NCBI GenBank assembly: GCA_963804955.1
Contig: CAWDSQ010000026.1
Location: 96,001 to 160,000, forward strand
Direction of reading: 5' to 3'
From: an uncultured delta proteobacterium
Lineage (GTDB): Bacteria; Desulfobacterota; WTBG01; CAIYCZ01; CAIRTM01
DNA length: 64,000 nt
This document shows positions 63,185 through 64,000 of this stretch, piece after piece; position 1 is the first letter of the stretch; each line of letters starts with the position of its first letter. A program made the translations under genes and the position numbers. A model generated the notes under the pieces. That model saw only the letters and a program-made list of their open reading frames with translations, did no database searches and was not told the DNA's origin.

Positions 63185-63517
63185 TTATTGAATGGCTTTT
63201 TCGCAAGAAGTTTTGAGAGCAGCAAGCTTTGTCTGAACTACATCCCACACAATCTGCCTGTTTATGCCGAAATACTCATGCGTCAAGATATTTCTCAGCG
63301 CAACGATCTTATTCCACTGAATGTCCGGCATGGAATTTTTCACATCAATAGGCAAATGGCGGGCAGCCTCACCGATGATCTCGAGATTGCGGACAACCGC
63401 GTCAACGGTTTTTTGATCCTCCGAGAAGGAATCAAAATTCATTCCGGCGACATACGTAAAAATCCTGTTTATTGATTCAAGGATATCATCAAGATACAGC
63501 TTGCTATCTCTAGGCAT
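63185..63517 (-). CDS. HepT/DUF86 HEPN ribonuclease toxin
   Basis: DAVVRNLEIIGEAA, RNILTHEY (RX4HXY). Confidence 0.92.
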   Translation of the reverse strand: MPRDSKLYLDDILESINRIFTYVAGMNFDSFSEDQKTVDAVVRNLEIIGEAARHLPIDVKNSMPDIQWNKIVALRNILTHEYFGINRQIVWDVVQTKLAALKTSCEKAIQ

Positions 63518-63800
63518 AGATGACCTCACTGGTCACATAGGGAATGAGCCTGGGCTTGAGGGCATCGGAGAGCACAAGATCAACAGGAGATTCAAAAAGC
63601 TCTTCAAGGTAAAATTTTAAGTCCATGTAGTTGTCAAAGGTGGGATGAGACAAATCGACAAGCAGATCAATGTCGCTTTCAGGCAACGCCGCATTTCGGG
63701 CATAAGAACCGAACAGTCCAATTTTAGTAACCGAAAACCTGCTTTTCAGTTCCGCCCTGCGCTCGCCCAAAATTTTTATTATCTTTTCTTTGCTGCTCAT
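63510..63800 (-). CDS. MntA-type nucleotidyltransferase antitoxin
   Basis: LFGSYARNAALPESDIDLLV (GSX10DXD); overlaps hepT; TTGACA-18-TATACT promoter upstream. Confidence 0.92.
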   Translation of the reverse strand: MSSKEKIIKILGERRAELKSRFSVTKIGLFGSYARNAALPESDIDLLVDLSHPTFDNYMDLKFYLEELFESPVDLVLSDALKPRLIPYVTSEVIYA

Positions 63801-64000
63801 AAAACCGCCCCCAAGGCAAACTTAATAAAGTATAGTCATGATGAGATGTATGTGTCAACACAAACAAATCCTCTGCATCTGCCGAAACAAAATCTGATAC
63901 GCAACTTTGTGACCACCCGGCATATATCCTGCCGAGCACATGCAGGATGGTCTGTGCAACCCTGCGGCTCAGGCAAGGTCTTTCAGCTTCTTGCGCTTGT

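Overview
64 kb of chromosomal DNA from a Gram-negative anaerobe, most likely Desulfobacterota/former Deltaproteobacteria (inferred from gene content: CxxxxCH multiheme cytochrome, HydF, ADP-forming acetate-CoA ligase cluster, cofactor-independent PGM). 1-19 kb: minus-strand dcw cluster (mraZ-rsmH-ftsL-ftsI-murE-murF-mraY-murD-ftsW-murG-[small ORF]-murC-ddl-ftsQ-ftsA-ftsZ; no murB) followed by a radical SAM gene. Then come SPOR and TPR proteins, ispH, a sequon-rich tetraheme cytochrome, initiator tRNA-Met, thioesterase/apgM/GT9, and a cytochrome + Tat subunit + GMC oxidoreductase operon divergent from ccdA-tlpA. Next are NUDIX, mutS2, a ~40-unit heptamer array, pepA, secreted proteins, hydF, a tandem kinase-like protein, an RRM protein, rsmE, a toxin-antitoxin island, purD-orf-purE, tsaC, an acyl-CoA/GNAT cluster and a final MNT/HepT pair. 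Many genes, including essential ones, are split by 1-nt indels that are almost certainly sequencing/assembly errors; such genes are reported as merged spans. Most notable: a family of heptamer arrays and inverted heptamer cassettes, tandem NrdR-like boxes at the dcw promoter region, a kinase-pseudokinase tandem protein, and a rich set of non-autonomous repeat elements. All calls come from reading the sequence; no searches were run.
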